64,000 bases of DNA, taken from positions 207,025 to 271,024 of the forward strand of contig NIVC01001547.1 of assembly GCA_002269645.1 (NCBI GenBank). Direction: 5' to 3'. The notes beneath the pieces are model-generated. The model had not been told where the DNA came from. It saw nothing but the letters and a program-made list of their open reading frames with translations, and did no database searches. Within the stretch, counting starts at the first letter, position 1. The number at the start of each line of letters is the position of its first letter. Below are positions 24,350 through 37,067 of the stretch, one piece after another. The DNA comes from Macrostomum lignano. Taxonomy: Eukaryota. Position numbers and translations under genes: made by a program.

Positions 24350-24610
24350 TGGTGGATGCTTGCTATTTAAGGATGGATACTTGCTATTGGGGGGATGCTT
24401 GCTACCGGGTTAACTTGCTATTGGGAGATGCTTGCTCTTGGGGGTGGAGGGAACTTGCTATCTGAGAGGGGGTTGCTAGATATCTATAAGGTCTCTTTGT
24501 ATCCAAGGTTATGCTTGCTATCTGGGGTTGCATGTGGTCTGGGGGATGCTTGCTATCTGGGGGATGCTTGCAGTCTGGGGGATGCTTGCTATTTGGGGAT
24601 CGATGCTTGA
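24350..24610. repeat. Degenerate ~18-20-bp repeat (GATGCTTGCTATCTGGGG-like)
   Basis: Recurrent GATGCTTGC core followed by G runs. Confidence 0.7.
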
Positions 24611-25300
24611 GTGACGTCTTGGAATGTTTTTAGAGGGAATGTCTGTTGTTTTTTATGAAGGCTTTATTTCCCTGTCCATTTGTTATTCGTAAAATGCTTA
24701 GGAGACTAGACAATATGGGGACTTCAAGGGGGTGGAAGGAATCGATCGCTCGAAAGCTACTTAAAGCTGTTATTTTTGGTAAGGCAAAGTTGGGGTTGGG
24801 GATTGACGGTGAGGGTGGGTGTTGGGAAGAGAGGGCTGGTGGATGAGGAGAGAGGGTGGAGGCTCAGGAGCAGGGTTTATTTTGTGCGCTCCTAAAAAGG
24901 AATTGGGAAGACTTTTGAATGCTATGGGGGTAGAGAGAGCGCGCGTGGGGGAAAGAGATTTTCACTTTAACTGAGCCCAGGCGAGGAAGAATTCAGTGTT
25001 GAGCGAAGGCCAGAATGCAAACGATTTCGGCCTCGCGTAAGGCCAGAATGCCAAAATGAAAAGGAATACAGTCAAATACAAATACATGAAAGCGATTTTG
25101 GCCTTTCAGTTTTTTTGGCTGCATACTATTAATTATAAGTCCTGTAACTCAAGTGAGAATACCGCTACTTTTCACCCTTAGATTATGTTGATTTTTTTGC
25201 TGTCCAAGGGAGGGGGGTGGTAGACTGATGCTATCCCCCTTAGATGAGTGGTTGTAAGGATTGCCACTACTGACAACTACTGAGTTTCGGTTTGAGATTT

Positions 25301-25543
25301 TTAACGCAATTGTCTAATGATTTCTGCAAAGTTATAGTAGCTGTCGTAATCTTTTACATAGGTTACTCCATACTTATGAAACCAGTGTCTTTGGAGAGCT
25401 AGATTAATATTAGGGACATTGATATCAACGCCGGGCCAATATTTTCTCATGTATTCGCTGCATTCAAGTTTGCATTGGTACTTGGATTTGTACAATGGAT
25501 GAGGCTGAGTATAATAGGAACCTGGAGAGACAACTGGAAACAT
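25301..25543 (-). CDS. Small 80-aa protein of unknown function (intact copy 2 of the dispersed element)
   Basis: MFPVVSPGSYY...CKLECSEYMRKYWP...LQRHWFHKYGVTYVKDYDSYYNFAEIIRQLR. Differences from copy 1 are largely synonymous or conservative. Confidence 0.55.
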   Translation of the reverse strand: MFPVVSPGSYYTQPHPLYKSKYQCKLECSEYMRKYWPGVDINVPNINLALQRHWFHKYGVTYVKDYDSYYNFAEIIRQLR

Positions 25544-26129
25544 TTTTATTAAGAATTTAATTTTTTCAAAGGGTAAGGACCCTGCGCTGATAATTTAAAG
25601 TCTTAGGGATTTGGTTTCGCGTTGCAAATTGAATGTGTGGAGAAGAATGCAGATTCTTTTCTGATTGTTTCGAATATGCTATGGGTGGATGTCAGTGGAT
25701 TATAATGGGATTATGTTCGCAGTTTTCGGAACAAGTAGGACACCTGTTATGCTCTGATTCTGTCGGGGATAATACGGATGGATTGAATGGGATTATGGAG
25801 GACGTTTTGTGAGCGAGTGCGACTTCCTCTTTTTTTCTGATTCTGTCAGGGATAATATGGATGGATTTAATGGGATTATGGAGGAGGTGAAAAATTTTGT
25901 CCTAAAAGTCCCCTCATGCATTCTATATAATATCTATAACAGCAAACTCGTGAAAAACGTTCACAATAAGTGCCATACTCTACTTACACCAGTAGTGGCG
26001 TTGTAATATTATTCCAGACATGCATGTAGTCAGTAGCAAGCTAGATTACTCATCACACAGTGTCTTTTTTCACACAGGATGAGGTTTTTTAGTAATTTAA
26101 TTAGTGGCAAGGAGTTCATGTGCACTTTA

Positions 26130-26320
26130 AGGCACACACTCACACAGGAGGGTACAGCGGCCTTAACTTTATTTATCGTTAGGCATGTACACTTCACTGT
26201 GCCTTGGGGTTGGCCGATCAATTTCGTTAATTGAACGAACAGAGCCAAGCCGAAATTTTAATTTAGCCCCCAAATTATTTAATGTGACTGCACTTGGAAT
26301 CGAGCCTGGGCCGCCGGCTC
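26130..26320 (-). mobile_element. 5'-truncated SINE (family shared with 35930-36195 and 48819-48960)
   Basis: Shared body GGCATGTACACTT...CAGAGCCAAG...GACTGCACTTGGAATCGAG; a B-box remnant but no A box. Confidence 0.6.
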
Positions 26321-27264
26321 ATTTGTACGGTTGCAGTTAAGGAATTCTGGTCAGCAATTTTTGAGTGAACTTGGCGCCAAACATTATAACGAAACTTGCA
26401 CCATTCGATCAGAAATTGACGGTAGTAACATATACAAAGTTTTTCAAAAAACAAATGCTCTCTTGCAAGGGTCAAGCAAATTTTTCGACTGTAAAACGAA
26501 TTTGTAATTATTGTGTAGAGCCAAAACGGACTGACCGAATTCTGATTCTGATAAGGATTGTATCACAACCGTGACTCCGACTTGAATTGCGTCACAGTGT
26601 GGAAAACAGTGCAGAATAGCAGCATAGCATAGTGCACGACTGATTTAGATTGCTTAACCATATTGTTAACTTTAATAGACTGCTACTGACTGACTGAGAG
26701 GTTGATTATGTCAAAACTGCTTCCTGTGACTTTTGCTTTAGCCGACTTAGTATGAATGTAGATTTATTACGTGCTACAATTCATGTCTTAAAATGCAGCA
26801 ACGTGGTTTCAAATTTTGAAAATTTTGAAAATGCTGAGATGCTGAGATAAGCAAAGCTCATGGATGGTGGGAGAGTTGTTGAGATGTCAATTGCTCTAGG
26901 AAATCGTTGAGATTCTGAGGTAAGAAGGATGGAGTGACGCAAAGGGGCGGTTGCAATAGGGTGATCATGGGTATAGTACAGGCTGCATGCAACCAATATC
27001 CACGAAAAACTCTTTACCTTAAAAAAATCACCGGGCACTTGCTTTCCTTACGTCACTTTAGCGTAAGAGCAGGTAGGGCTGAGGGCAGCCAGCAAGGCAG
27101 GATTTGGTGAGCTCAAATCTATAAATAGCCCTCTGCCGAAGATTGAAAACCACGCTCGTACAAGACATGAGTAAAAATTATTTGTTTGTATTTCGGTCAT
27201 ATAGAATTTACTCAGCCGCTTTGAAACGCAACACAGCGGGCTTGTTGCAATTTCACGCAATCTA

Positions 27265-28762
27265 CAGGTGGTCCAGGAAGGTCTCCCAGATTACAAACAG
27301 AGTTTTCTCTGCACTGGATTGATGAATTGGGCTGAAACTTGACCTGCTTAAACTTTATTCTGAATATGATTTTTTGTCTAAAAATCTTAGCAATTGCTAA
27401 AAAAATCACGAAGTTACAGCAGTTTTTCTAAAAAAACACCGTTTTCACTTACTGATGAGCACATTTCATTCCAGACTTACACGACTTACACGCCAGTTGA
27501 AAGATTTAAAATGGCATCCTGGCTGGATGAATTGAAGAGTCCGCTGTTGGTCCAGCGGCGATGGCGTCGTGAGTTCAATTTGGCTGCCAACCAACGCCCT
27601 CCAGATGCTAAGACCATCAAAGATGCACTTAAGGTGGCCTGTGAGTTTGGTTTGGCTCGACGACCAATTTCTGGGCGTCCACGGACTGCTCGTTCTGCTG
27701 AGAATGTGGAACAAGTTGTTCAACACTTCAAGGAGCGACCACAACAGTCAGTACGTCGTGCGAGTCGGGAGCTGAATGTTAGCCATCAGTCCATCCTTCG
27801 TGTGCTGGATAAGAGTGGCTTTCACCCCTATCGCATGCGCCGTCAACAGGCAATGAATGAGGCCGGCAATGAGGCGCGAGTGCTATTCGCAACTGATCTG
27901 CTGGAGATGTTTGACAGTGATCCTGAAATGTTAACCAACATCATTTTCTCTGATGAGGCTCATTTCTCCCTGCATGGCCGCAATAACACCTGGAACTCGC
28001 GGTATTGGGCCATTGAAAACCCAGATTTCTCTATCCAGATGCCCCTTCACAGACCACGCGTCTCATGCTGGGCTGGAATTTGGTCCCGCGGCATTGTTGG
28101 ACCTTTCTTCTGTGAGGATGCGCAGGGTGCAACTGTTACGTTGGATTCTGAGCGGTACGTGGAAATGCTGGATACAAATTTTCTGCCTGTGGTTCAGAAT
28201 TACGAGGCATTTGTTGCTGGTGACTTGTGGCTGATGCAGGATGGTGCTCCAGCCCACATCGGGCTTAATGTGCGTGAATGGATTCAGCACAACTTTGAGG
28301 AGCGCGAAATCGGACGCTATGAGACAATTCATTGGCTTGTACCTAGTCCTGATCTCAACCCTAAGGACTTCATTGTCTGGGGATGGGTGAAAGACGTCTA
28401 CCGACAGCCAGTGGACAGCCTGGATGAGCTAAGGCACGGATAACGCAGCTAATGCAGGATATTCCAGTGGACTTTGGTGTCAACAGCCTAAATAGCTTTA
28501 AGAAGCGCCTGCAGACTTGTATCGACAACAAAGGTCATCATGTGGAGCATTGACTAACAGTTGCATAGCAGATTGTGCTAAAACCCTACTGATTTAACAA
28601 AAAACTGCTGTAACTTCATGATTTTTTAAGCAATTGCTAAGATTTTTAGACAAAAAATATATTTAGAATAAAGTTGAAGCAGGTCAAATTTCAGCCCAAT
28701 CCATCAATCCAGTGCAGAGAAAACTCTGCTTCTAGTCCGGGAGACCTTTCTGGACCTCCCTG
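27265..28762 (+). mobile_element. Tc1/mariner-superfamily transposon, DD41D (rosa/Visitor-type)
   Basis: ~170-bp TIRs (CAGGTGGTCCAG... / ...CTGGACCTCCCTG) flanked by TA at 27263-27264 and 28763-28764. Confidence 0.93.
27511..28553 (+). pseudogene. DD41D transposase with a C-terminal frameshift
   Basis: FSDEAHF, LMQDGAPAH and SPDLNPKDF, with 41 residues between D2 and D3. The frame breaks near 28434; the alternate frame gives RITQLMQDIP...KGHHVEH*. Confidence 0.9.
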
Positions 28763-29776
28763 TATTTTGCTAAGCTGAAGTGAGATTCTTATCGTGTGAT
28801 GGGTTGGGTTTCCGGTCCAAAAATATCAATGCGTTCATTCTACCCTCACGTTTGACTATTTAGGTGGCTAGCTGGTAGTGCAGCTCATACGAGCCATTTA
28901 TCTGCAACAGCTAGGTAGAGCTAGGGGCAGCAGTGTATACTTTGCACGGATGTATTTGCATGAGGCCATAAACAAACTTACGAGTTTAAATATAAGTTGT
29001 TGGTCAAAGCTTCACAGTGTCGCAGAAACAAAATTAGTCAACAACTTTTGAATTTTAAATAATTCACTCTAACGTGTCAAGTAATTTTTTACTGCCTGCC
29101 TGCTGTGTCTATTTTGTTTTCATTTTAAATAACTAAAACAAGTTTATTTTAAAGAAAAGAGTTTGTTATGTTATCCTTAGCAGCATTGAAACTCGCCCCT
29201 CTAGGCTAAACGCCGTCCACGAGGTTAGAAGGGTCGAAAGTTGCTGAATTATTGTTGGCAACAAGCATGAGGAAGATTGCCGGGAGCTCAAGACTTAGAG
29301 TTTGATTGGGTTGAGTAGTCGATCACCAATGACATGTTTGTGCGATGTACTACTGGGGAGCAATGACCCATTCATAGAAGCACTGTACCCATGGCAGGGG
29401 TACTTCCTTTAAATGTTAAAGGTTGCGCCGACAAAAATACGGGTAGAGTACAGTTTTCAAGATACGGCTTAGCGCGATACACAGAAAAATTTTAGAGAGG
29501 ACCCTCTGAACCTTAAATGAATATGTCCGCCAATAAAAGGCGATGCCATTTGAAATCTAATTTTTATATTCTTGTGTACAAATTTTAATGTTGCATTTTT
29601 ACTTAATTTAATTTCTTTATACTGTAATTTATAACAGTGTGAAAGATTACACTAGGCCTATTATAACAGATTCGAAGCAGAACATTTCGTTTGTTACAAT
29701 ATAATTGTTAGATTTCAATTGTTTTTTTGCGTTAATTTGTCATTCAGTTGGTTGTTCAAATGCAAACTAGCTCGTA

Positions 29777-29782
29777 TCTCTA

Positions 29783-29868
<86 letters not shown>

Positions 29869-29885
29869 TCCCCCTCTCTCCTCTC
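29777..29885. repeat. (CT)n microsatellite
   Basis: Direct reading. Confidence 0.97.
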
Positions 29886-31833
29886 TTTGTCGTTGTCTCT
29901 TTCCCTCTCTCTCTTCTTTTTAGTTCGCTTTTTAAGTTATTTTGCGGTCTGTGCATCGGGAGCTGCGGATAACGGTGGTAGGGGAGATGGGGAGACAAGG
30001 AATATGAGGAGACATGGAGATGGAGGCTCAAAAGTAATTTGTGACAAAAAGAAAAAAGTAAAGAAACAGTTTGGGGTACGCTCGTAATTGGACCAAAAAG
30101 GGAATACTAAATTGCGATCATGCCAAACCTTTTTTGCTTTTGTCTTTTTGTCAAGAATTACCTTTGAGCCTGCTGCAATCGAGTGCTAACGTCTCGCAGT
30201 CTCATTATAAGCATTATTGTACATTCTATTCTCAAGTGAAATGTCTATTGCTGTATCACTAATAAATCTTTTTTATGGATCAGCTCAGTTTATATGCATG
30301 GTCAGGCATCGGTCGCTACTCGTCATGTCACTATAAATTTTGCAGCTCCAGTTGCCCCTGTGTAAGCAGTGCCATCCATCATGTTTTGCATCTACAATAA
30401 CTGGTATAATAAATCATCATAAGCAGTAGTTTTTATTCTTGTAAATTCCCAAATAAGTTTTGAGACTTTGCCGCAACAGTTCGTTCTTTATTCAATGTTA
30501 AAATGAACATTGTATACCAAAAACTCTGTCACAGAAACTCTTGTTTGAGTTTGAGATTTGTCTGAGAGCTCATTCAAACTCTGGTGAGACTGGTATGAAT
30601 TCAGTTCCCCGTTACACTATTTAGGGTTGCTATCAGGGGTGAGATTTTCACTGAATGCTTGAAATGGTCTCTCCTCCTTCCTCCACTTCTGTCCGCCCCT
30701 TCTATCCTCGTGCTCTCCCTCCTTCCCTTTCCTCTCTTCCTTCTCCTTTCTCATTTTAAGGAAGAGACCTGCACCAGTGATTTCGGGGAGGTGAAAAGGC
30801 GTCAACTTTTCATTTTATAAAAGCAAAATCTGAAGCAATTGTTCGCACTTTGCTGCTTCGATCCAACCAAAATACACTACTGTCAAGTTTTACCGCGAAT
30901 AGTAGCATCTTGTCTTGAACAGATTGTTTCGATCCCGTAGCCACACTTTCCCCACTAAGGCTTGAATTAGTGGCTCAATTGACGTGGAAAATGATTTACC
31001 CCCTTTCGGACCCGCGTAATATGCAGCTTAAACTGGGCACCCGATGATATCAGTAGCGAATGAACTCAAGGTCTTACTGGCCGCATCAGCCGCCGCCAAA
31101 GAATCCGCTGCCAAGTGCAGCACTGTACTGCTGTTGCTGCTGCTGCTGGTGGGGTCTTGTAGCCTATGGTTAATTTATCTGGTCAGGCAACGCTTTTGCC
31201 CCCATTCTGGAGTGTCTCTTTATTTGTGTGGCTATTTTAAATACACCCGTTCAAAGCCCTCTCTCTCCCTTGCTAAGTTTGGCGAAGCAACCACGAAATT
31301 ATCGTTTACACTTTCAAATTTCCAGCTAAGCCGCCACCGTTCGGCCTGTCTTAATGAGCGAGGTCACCGACGTGAAAAAAATTATCGTCAAGTAGGTCTT
31401 TTTTGAATGATGAATGTAGTTTAAATTCCCATAGAAGAGTTTTTACCTGTCGAACTTTTAGCTCATTCTTCTAAACTTTACGAAAGGAAGGTTAACACTA
31501 CAGAACTGTTGTCTTTATTATTGCTTTCAGCTCTTCTTGAAAGTAGTTCTGCCGATGATTTCAAATTTGAAGATGAACTATGTAAGTTTTACAATCAAGT
31601 TTTGCTAAAATTTTTCCTTGCAAACGAACTAAAATACGCGATGTACAGATTTTACACTGCTGAGACTGGTAGTTTCAAGTAGAATCCTCTAGCTATTTCT
31701 GCTTTGCTCAGAGCTGTGACCCTTCCTACTAGAGTGATAGAACTGAACTAAGCTACAATAGCAATGAAAACCCGCTGATCCCTTGTTGAATAACCAACTA
31801 TGAAAAACCCTCTGCCAAATAATGATATTTTAG

Positions 31834-34800
31834 GCTCCCGAAGATTGGCTCTGTTCTTCGACGCTGGCGGTGAGTCTGTGACGGCTGAGTACGCCGACTT
31901 TCTGACAGAGTGCAACTTTAACGTAAAGAGGAGCCTGGAACAGCAGTATGAAAGCAAACTGGAGTCGTGTCTACCCGACTCCGTGAATAACTTCGAGGTC
32001 CAGCAGCTAATTGTAGTCGTGATAGCTGGCAATGCTTTCATGAATGACGTCTTAGATTTCATGACAACGGATAAATTTCCCAACTGCCAAAACAGATGTT
32101 TATTATTTTGTCGCGCTGGTGAAGAAAGCCCGGATGACATGAAACTTGCAAACGAATTTTCGAATGCGAATTTTAAATACAAGTGTACAACTATCGCTTA
32201 CATCGTTGCTAAGGAACTTGAAAGCATACAGCGCTTCTATAAAAACTTTCTGGATGACTGCAAGTGCAAGTGGGAAGCTACAAGTATATTTTCTATCCTG
32301 GAGACGCTATCAATCGCTTACGAGTCCCTTTCTATGTATCATAGGGAAGGAAAGCTCGGTGGAGATTTCCTGCGCGACATTTTCAAATTTATCAGGGAAC
32401 CCAAGAGCAACCTTGATGAAGTTGATGCCTTACCAGCAGCATCAGAGCAGACTGCTCAAGACAAACCGACTGATTGGATGCGCGAGAATGCCTCAATAAT
32501 CTATCCTAATCGGCGCAATCCGAAAAAGCCTCGAGCGTTGGTCATCATCAACTATGACCGAGGAGACTCTCTATACTCTGCTCTGCAAGTTGACTGCAGC
32601 AGAGTTATGCGTATGCTAAAAAATCTTGGCTACATTGTAACGGACGTGCAAACCCACTCCAATGACGCCTTGAAAAGAAGGATCGAGCTTCTCTCAGGAG
32701 ATACTGAACACGGTGACTCCTGCATCCTTGTCGTGCTGTCCCAGTCTCAGCAGCAGCTGAGCAGCTTTACTGTCATGAAAAGCTTGGCTATTGGCGAAAA
32801 GCTCGCGGCCAAGCCCCGACTCTTTATTCTGCACGAGTGGGATGTCACAACACTGCAGACAGACTCTGTTACTGATGGTTTCAGCAGCGATACTTATGAG
32901 ATCGTTGAAGATGCTGTGGACGGTTTGCAGGCCTATTTTCGCAAGCATGATTCAACCATCAAGGTTCATCCACACAGCGGCATGGTGTTCGGTCGATCAG
33001 TTAGTAGCGATGTGACAAGAGCAGAGGGAAGCGCTTTTATTCAGACACTGTGCGAAACTTTCAGCCAGTATGGGCGCACAGAGGACGTGGCCTCCATGAT
33101 TACCATAATTAATGAGCACAAGCGACTAGAGAAAACTGTGCCCATGTGGTTTATTCAGACTAGCAAGCTCTTTTATATCACGGGAACAGACGGAATCCAG
33201 GGTAAGAGCCCTTGTTTAGCTCAGTGCATGTATACTTTTCAATTCGAACTTTGCCAAAAGTGACTTCAATTTCGGCAACACGATAAATTATGACTGTCAC
33301 TGTTACTGTCAAAGTGACTTAAAATTCTTTGTGATCAATATCATTGTAGTTCTGTAGCTCAGACTGCTTGTGCCACCGCCAACATTTTTTGGTGTTAGTG
33401 TGCGACACTGGTGGTGTAAATTTTGACCTAACGGTTCCTTCTAGTTGCCTTTAAACAATACAATCTTGAATGACAAATCTGTGATTGACTGCTTTGGCCG
33501 TGTTTACATTTATGTCGAGGTACTTCACTAGTCGTCTTCAGTCTCTCCTTGTTGTTGTCAAAATTGGTCACTTTTGCCAAAGTCGAAATTGAAAAGTTAA
33601 AACTATGCAGAAATCATTATTGCATAATCATTTGCACTATTTTGCTTTTAGCTACCGGTCAGGAGGTTTCGCAACAAAGTCTACAGAAGAAATCTAAAGA
33701 ACCTAAACAAAGTCTAGAGAAGAAATCTAAAGAACCTGAAAGCGCCAGAATTGGTAAGTGGCATATTAAATTATCGAGAAACACCTCTTACGACGTAGAG
33801 ATCAGATTCATGCGTTATAGTCATATAAAGATATGCGCAACATCTTTGCAAGACTACTCACTTCTAATTATATCTGTTCCGTTTTGCTGCGATGTCCAAA
33901 CATTTTTATCCTATCAAGAATTATTTCATCTAAAAACTTTCTGATAAGTACATGTATTTCAGAAAGATACGCTTGAGTTTTAAACATTATTAGATTCATG
34001 TATTAAAGAACACCTGTGCCTGTATAAGCCAATAAAACTCGCTAATCTCAGCAAAGCTCAGTTGTACTTGCACTTTTACGCTCGTATTTTCAGCTCGAAC
34101 AGAATTTGCGATGATTCTCACCGAAGGACAGTATGATGGGGCCAGAAACTATCAGATGTTTCTGGAGTATGCAGCCTTCAAAGTGCTCTTCGATTACACG
34201 GATGGCAATTCGAGCTCAATCAAGACAGCCATCAGGCTTCCAAAAGAAACTGAAGGAAATGTTGTCCTTTATCTAATTGTACGCACGCATCGCAACGACA
34301 ACGTCTTGCAAGAAATAGTCGATGAACTTTCTAAACAGCAATCTTCTCAAAAGTGCAGCAGTAGCATTTTGCTTATTCTTTGCGAAGTGTCCGAGTCTGA
34401 AGAGAATTTCGCGAACACTCAGATGCCAGAGGAGCTACCCGAGAAGTTCAGCGTTGTCAGAGTTTGCAGGAATCGGTGCGGCGTGATTGAATTTCTGGAC
34501 TCCCTGCTGGAATCTCCCAGGAAGAACATCTCTCTCAATGGCAGCCTTGTGGTTGGTAGAGATTTTTCCTGCCACTCCTGCCATCACGGAATAATGCACT
34601 GCAAAGTCAATGACGAAAACCCAGGCTGGAGGAAGAGAATCACTTGGCTTGAAAACTTTTATATAGAAGAGAGTTCATCGCACCCAAATCTGTCTTCAAT
34701 TGACGTTAGTGACGACACGCAGACGAGACCAGCAATAAGAGGATCTCTCCGATTAGAGAGTTTCAGAAGCGAATGGAATGCACCTGGATTAGATACTCAA

Positions 34801-35556
34801 GAGTGCAAGGCTGTAGCCCTCATCGTTCACAACGTTGTCTTCCAGAAAAAGGAACTATCTACTCGGTTCGGAAGTCAGTACGACTGCCAGCGAATGGCTG
34901 ACACTTTGCTCAGGCTTGGCTACTCAGTGAGCATCAGGTCGAATCTCACCAAAGTAGAAATCGAAAGCGAATTAGACATGTTTTGCAGTGACGCACGACA
35001 CGGCAGCTCAGTCGTAGTTGCTTTTATGTCTCACGGATGTCTCGGTGAAGTAGTTGGTTTCGACGGCGAATCAGCGAAGGAAAGTAAAATTCTAAAACGA
35101 ATTTCCAAAGGAAACCGCACAAGTGAAAAGCAGCAATTGGTCATCTTCCAGAACTGTCTAGACCCTGGTCGATTGCCTAAATCAGAGCTGTCGTTTTTTC
35201 CTGGCATGATCGTCGCTCACTCGACTTCGCCGAATGAAAGCAGCTATCGAATGACAGACAGAGGCAGTCGGTTCATCCAGTGTCTGTGCACTGTTCTCGA
35301 CCTGTTCGCCGACACGTGCGACATTGCGTCAATGGTTCCTATCGTTAATTATGTGGTGCAAAACGCTACTTTTTATATGGGCATCAGCCAGCTGCCCTGG
35401 TGGTCTGTGCAGACAAGCAAGAAATTTTGGATTCGAGTCAATGAGCCTCCTCAAAGCAGTCGTGAATCGCGCCATCAAGCCAATTCAGCTAGGAACCAAA
35501 CAACGAATGACTGCAGGGTTCAGGTGACGGAACTTCTTCAAAAAATGCGGTTGTAA
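31834..35556 (+). CDS. Caspase-family gene A: pseudo-caspase module + linker exon + His/Cys-intact caspase module (exons 31834-33201, 33652-33753, 34094-35556; 5' exons unresolved, candidate 31531-31581)
   Basis: All junctions are GT-AG, phase 1 and in frame. Module 1 has VVLSQS and LHEWD at the catalytic positions; module 2 has FMSHG, FQNC and the p10 motif AHSTSP...YR...GSRFIQ. Confidence 0.8.
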
Positions 35557-35929
35557 TAATCTACGCAGAGGCAGTTTATCAATTTGACTATTGTGGTGAC
35601 TGAATAGGTTTAATTGCTTATATTGTAGCTACCAGTGGCAATATTTTAATTCTTACATTTTTTTCTTAGCGGTTCAAAATCTGATGAATTTCTGTGAGAG
35701 CGGTATATATGATTTTAACATTCAAACCATAAAAAATTTACTATTGACAACTGTTGGGACAATTAAAGATAACGCCTGTTTATAGGCGTTTGTAAATTTG
35801 TTTTACTTTGAAGACTTTTTACACAAATATTAAATTAATAAACTGCTAGTTAGCTTCTTGGTTAGAGGCAGGGGGCTGTTTACCCTGGTGCACTTTAAGC
35901 GACATTGTCACACAATCAGCGAGAGGCAT

Positions 35930-36195
35930 TACTGCCCATTCCGCCGGCTCCCTAAGCAGGCACACAAGCAAGCGCGCGGATATGTATACAGTCATTCGTA
36001 AAGGCACACACGCACACAGGGGTGTACAGTGGCTTTAACAATTTTTATCGCTAGGCATGTACACTTTACTGTGTCTTGAGGTTGGCCCTTAAGGCCGTTA
36101 CTTGCATGAGCAGAGCCAAGCTGACTGCACTTGGAATCGAGTATGGACCGCTGGCACATCAGAACGCCGCGTTAGACCACAAGGCTACGGCCCCC
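35930..36195 (-). mobile_element. tRNA-derived SINE, near full length
   Basis: Head GGGGCCGTAGCCTTGTGGTCTAACGCGGCG...ACTCGATTCC (A- and B-box-like), followed by the shared body. Confidence 0.7.
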
Positions 36196-37067
36196 GTAAT
36201 AAATTACTACGTAGTATAATAACATAATTATTACAAAAGGAGCGTGTTTCCGTAAGTGCTTCGATGGAACAAATTTGTTTTTATTGTTTTAATGAAAGAC
36301 GTTAGACTGACCATTCTAAACAGTTTAAGCCAGTCTAAGTTAAAAACAGCAGCAGAAATGCTCTCGCTATAACTAACCGTTGCCGAATTTTTAATTGAGA
36401 AAAATGTTATCCTAGTGTATGTTTTCATTATTAAAACTAATTATAAATGATTACAAAGTTTTCCTGATTTTTAATGTTTTATTGAAAGAAGTATAATTAG
36501 CATTGGAGTACGAGTTGTATTTAATGTAATCGATCTTTTGAATTTGAATGTATCAAAATCGCAAACTGCGACTGGCCCTCGATAGTAGTGCATCACTGCA
36601 TTAGATTTTCCTCCAGCTCTGATTATTTTATTTATAGTAAACATAAAACTAACAGGCTCGTAAACTGCTGATTCCTAATTCAATTGTTTATTTAAATGTG
36701 AACGATTATCCAATCAAGTACAACAACTAAGTTCAAATAAATCAAAGGAAACTAAGAGTTTTCCGCTTGTCACCGAATGTCTGCTTTTTTTATTTTGACC
36801 AACGTTTAGTATAACTTAGCTAGTTAATATATAGGTGTATCTACAAGTGTATAGGAGTACGAGTGCATATAGTAGTATAGAAAGTATATATACATGGTTA
36901 CTAGCTTAGCTAGCTTAGAATTAGTTTTACATTACAAAAAAGCTTTATGGGATATTTTAACTTTCCATCCAACAATCCAAATTTCCCCCTTTCAGATGAA
37001 TTACAAAAAAATTGTTATATAACTAAGCCTTATCTGGTATTCGAAGAAACGATCCAACTCAGTATCG

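Noticed and set aside
20422-25925. The inverted ~640-bp pair as TIRs of one large foldback transposon
   Set aside because: The arms are too diverged, differ in a codon-like pattern, have indels, and no shared TSD is visible.
26990-27130. CCAAT (~26993) plus TATAAATA (27120-27127) as a Pol II promoter
   Set aside because: No convincing downstream coding exon; such motifs are frequent in AT-rich DNA.
29260-29410. Faint resemblance to SRP RNA, the U3 box C' (GAGGAAGA) or the U1 5' end (TGGCAGGGG)
   Set aside because: Only isolated short words match; the other required boxes and helices are not found.
31086-31163. Possible minus-strand terminal exon (ATRPHQQQQQQQYSAALGSGFFGGG*) and the plus-strand ORF 31044-31406
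   Set aside because: A low-complexity CAG tract gives plausible peptides in several frames; no upstream partner exon can be supported.
33549-33944. ORF-track entry as an independent 131-aa gene
   Set aside because: Only 33652-33753 is flanked by splice sites; it is better explained as the linker exon of caspase gene A.
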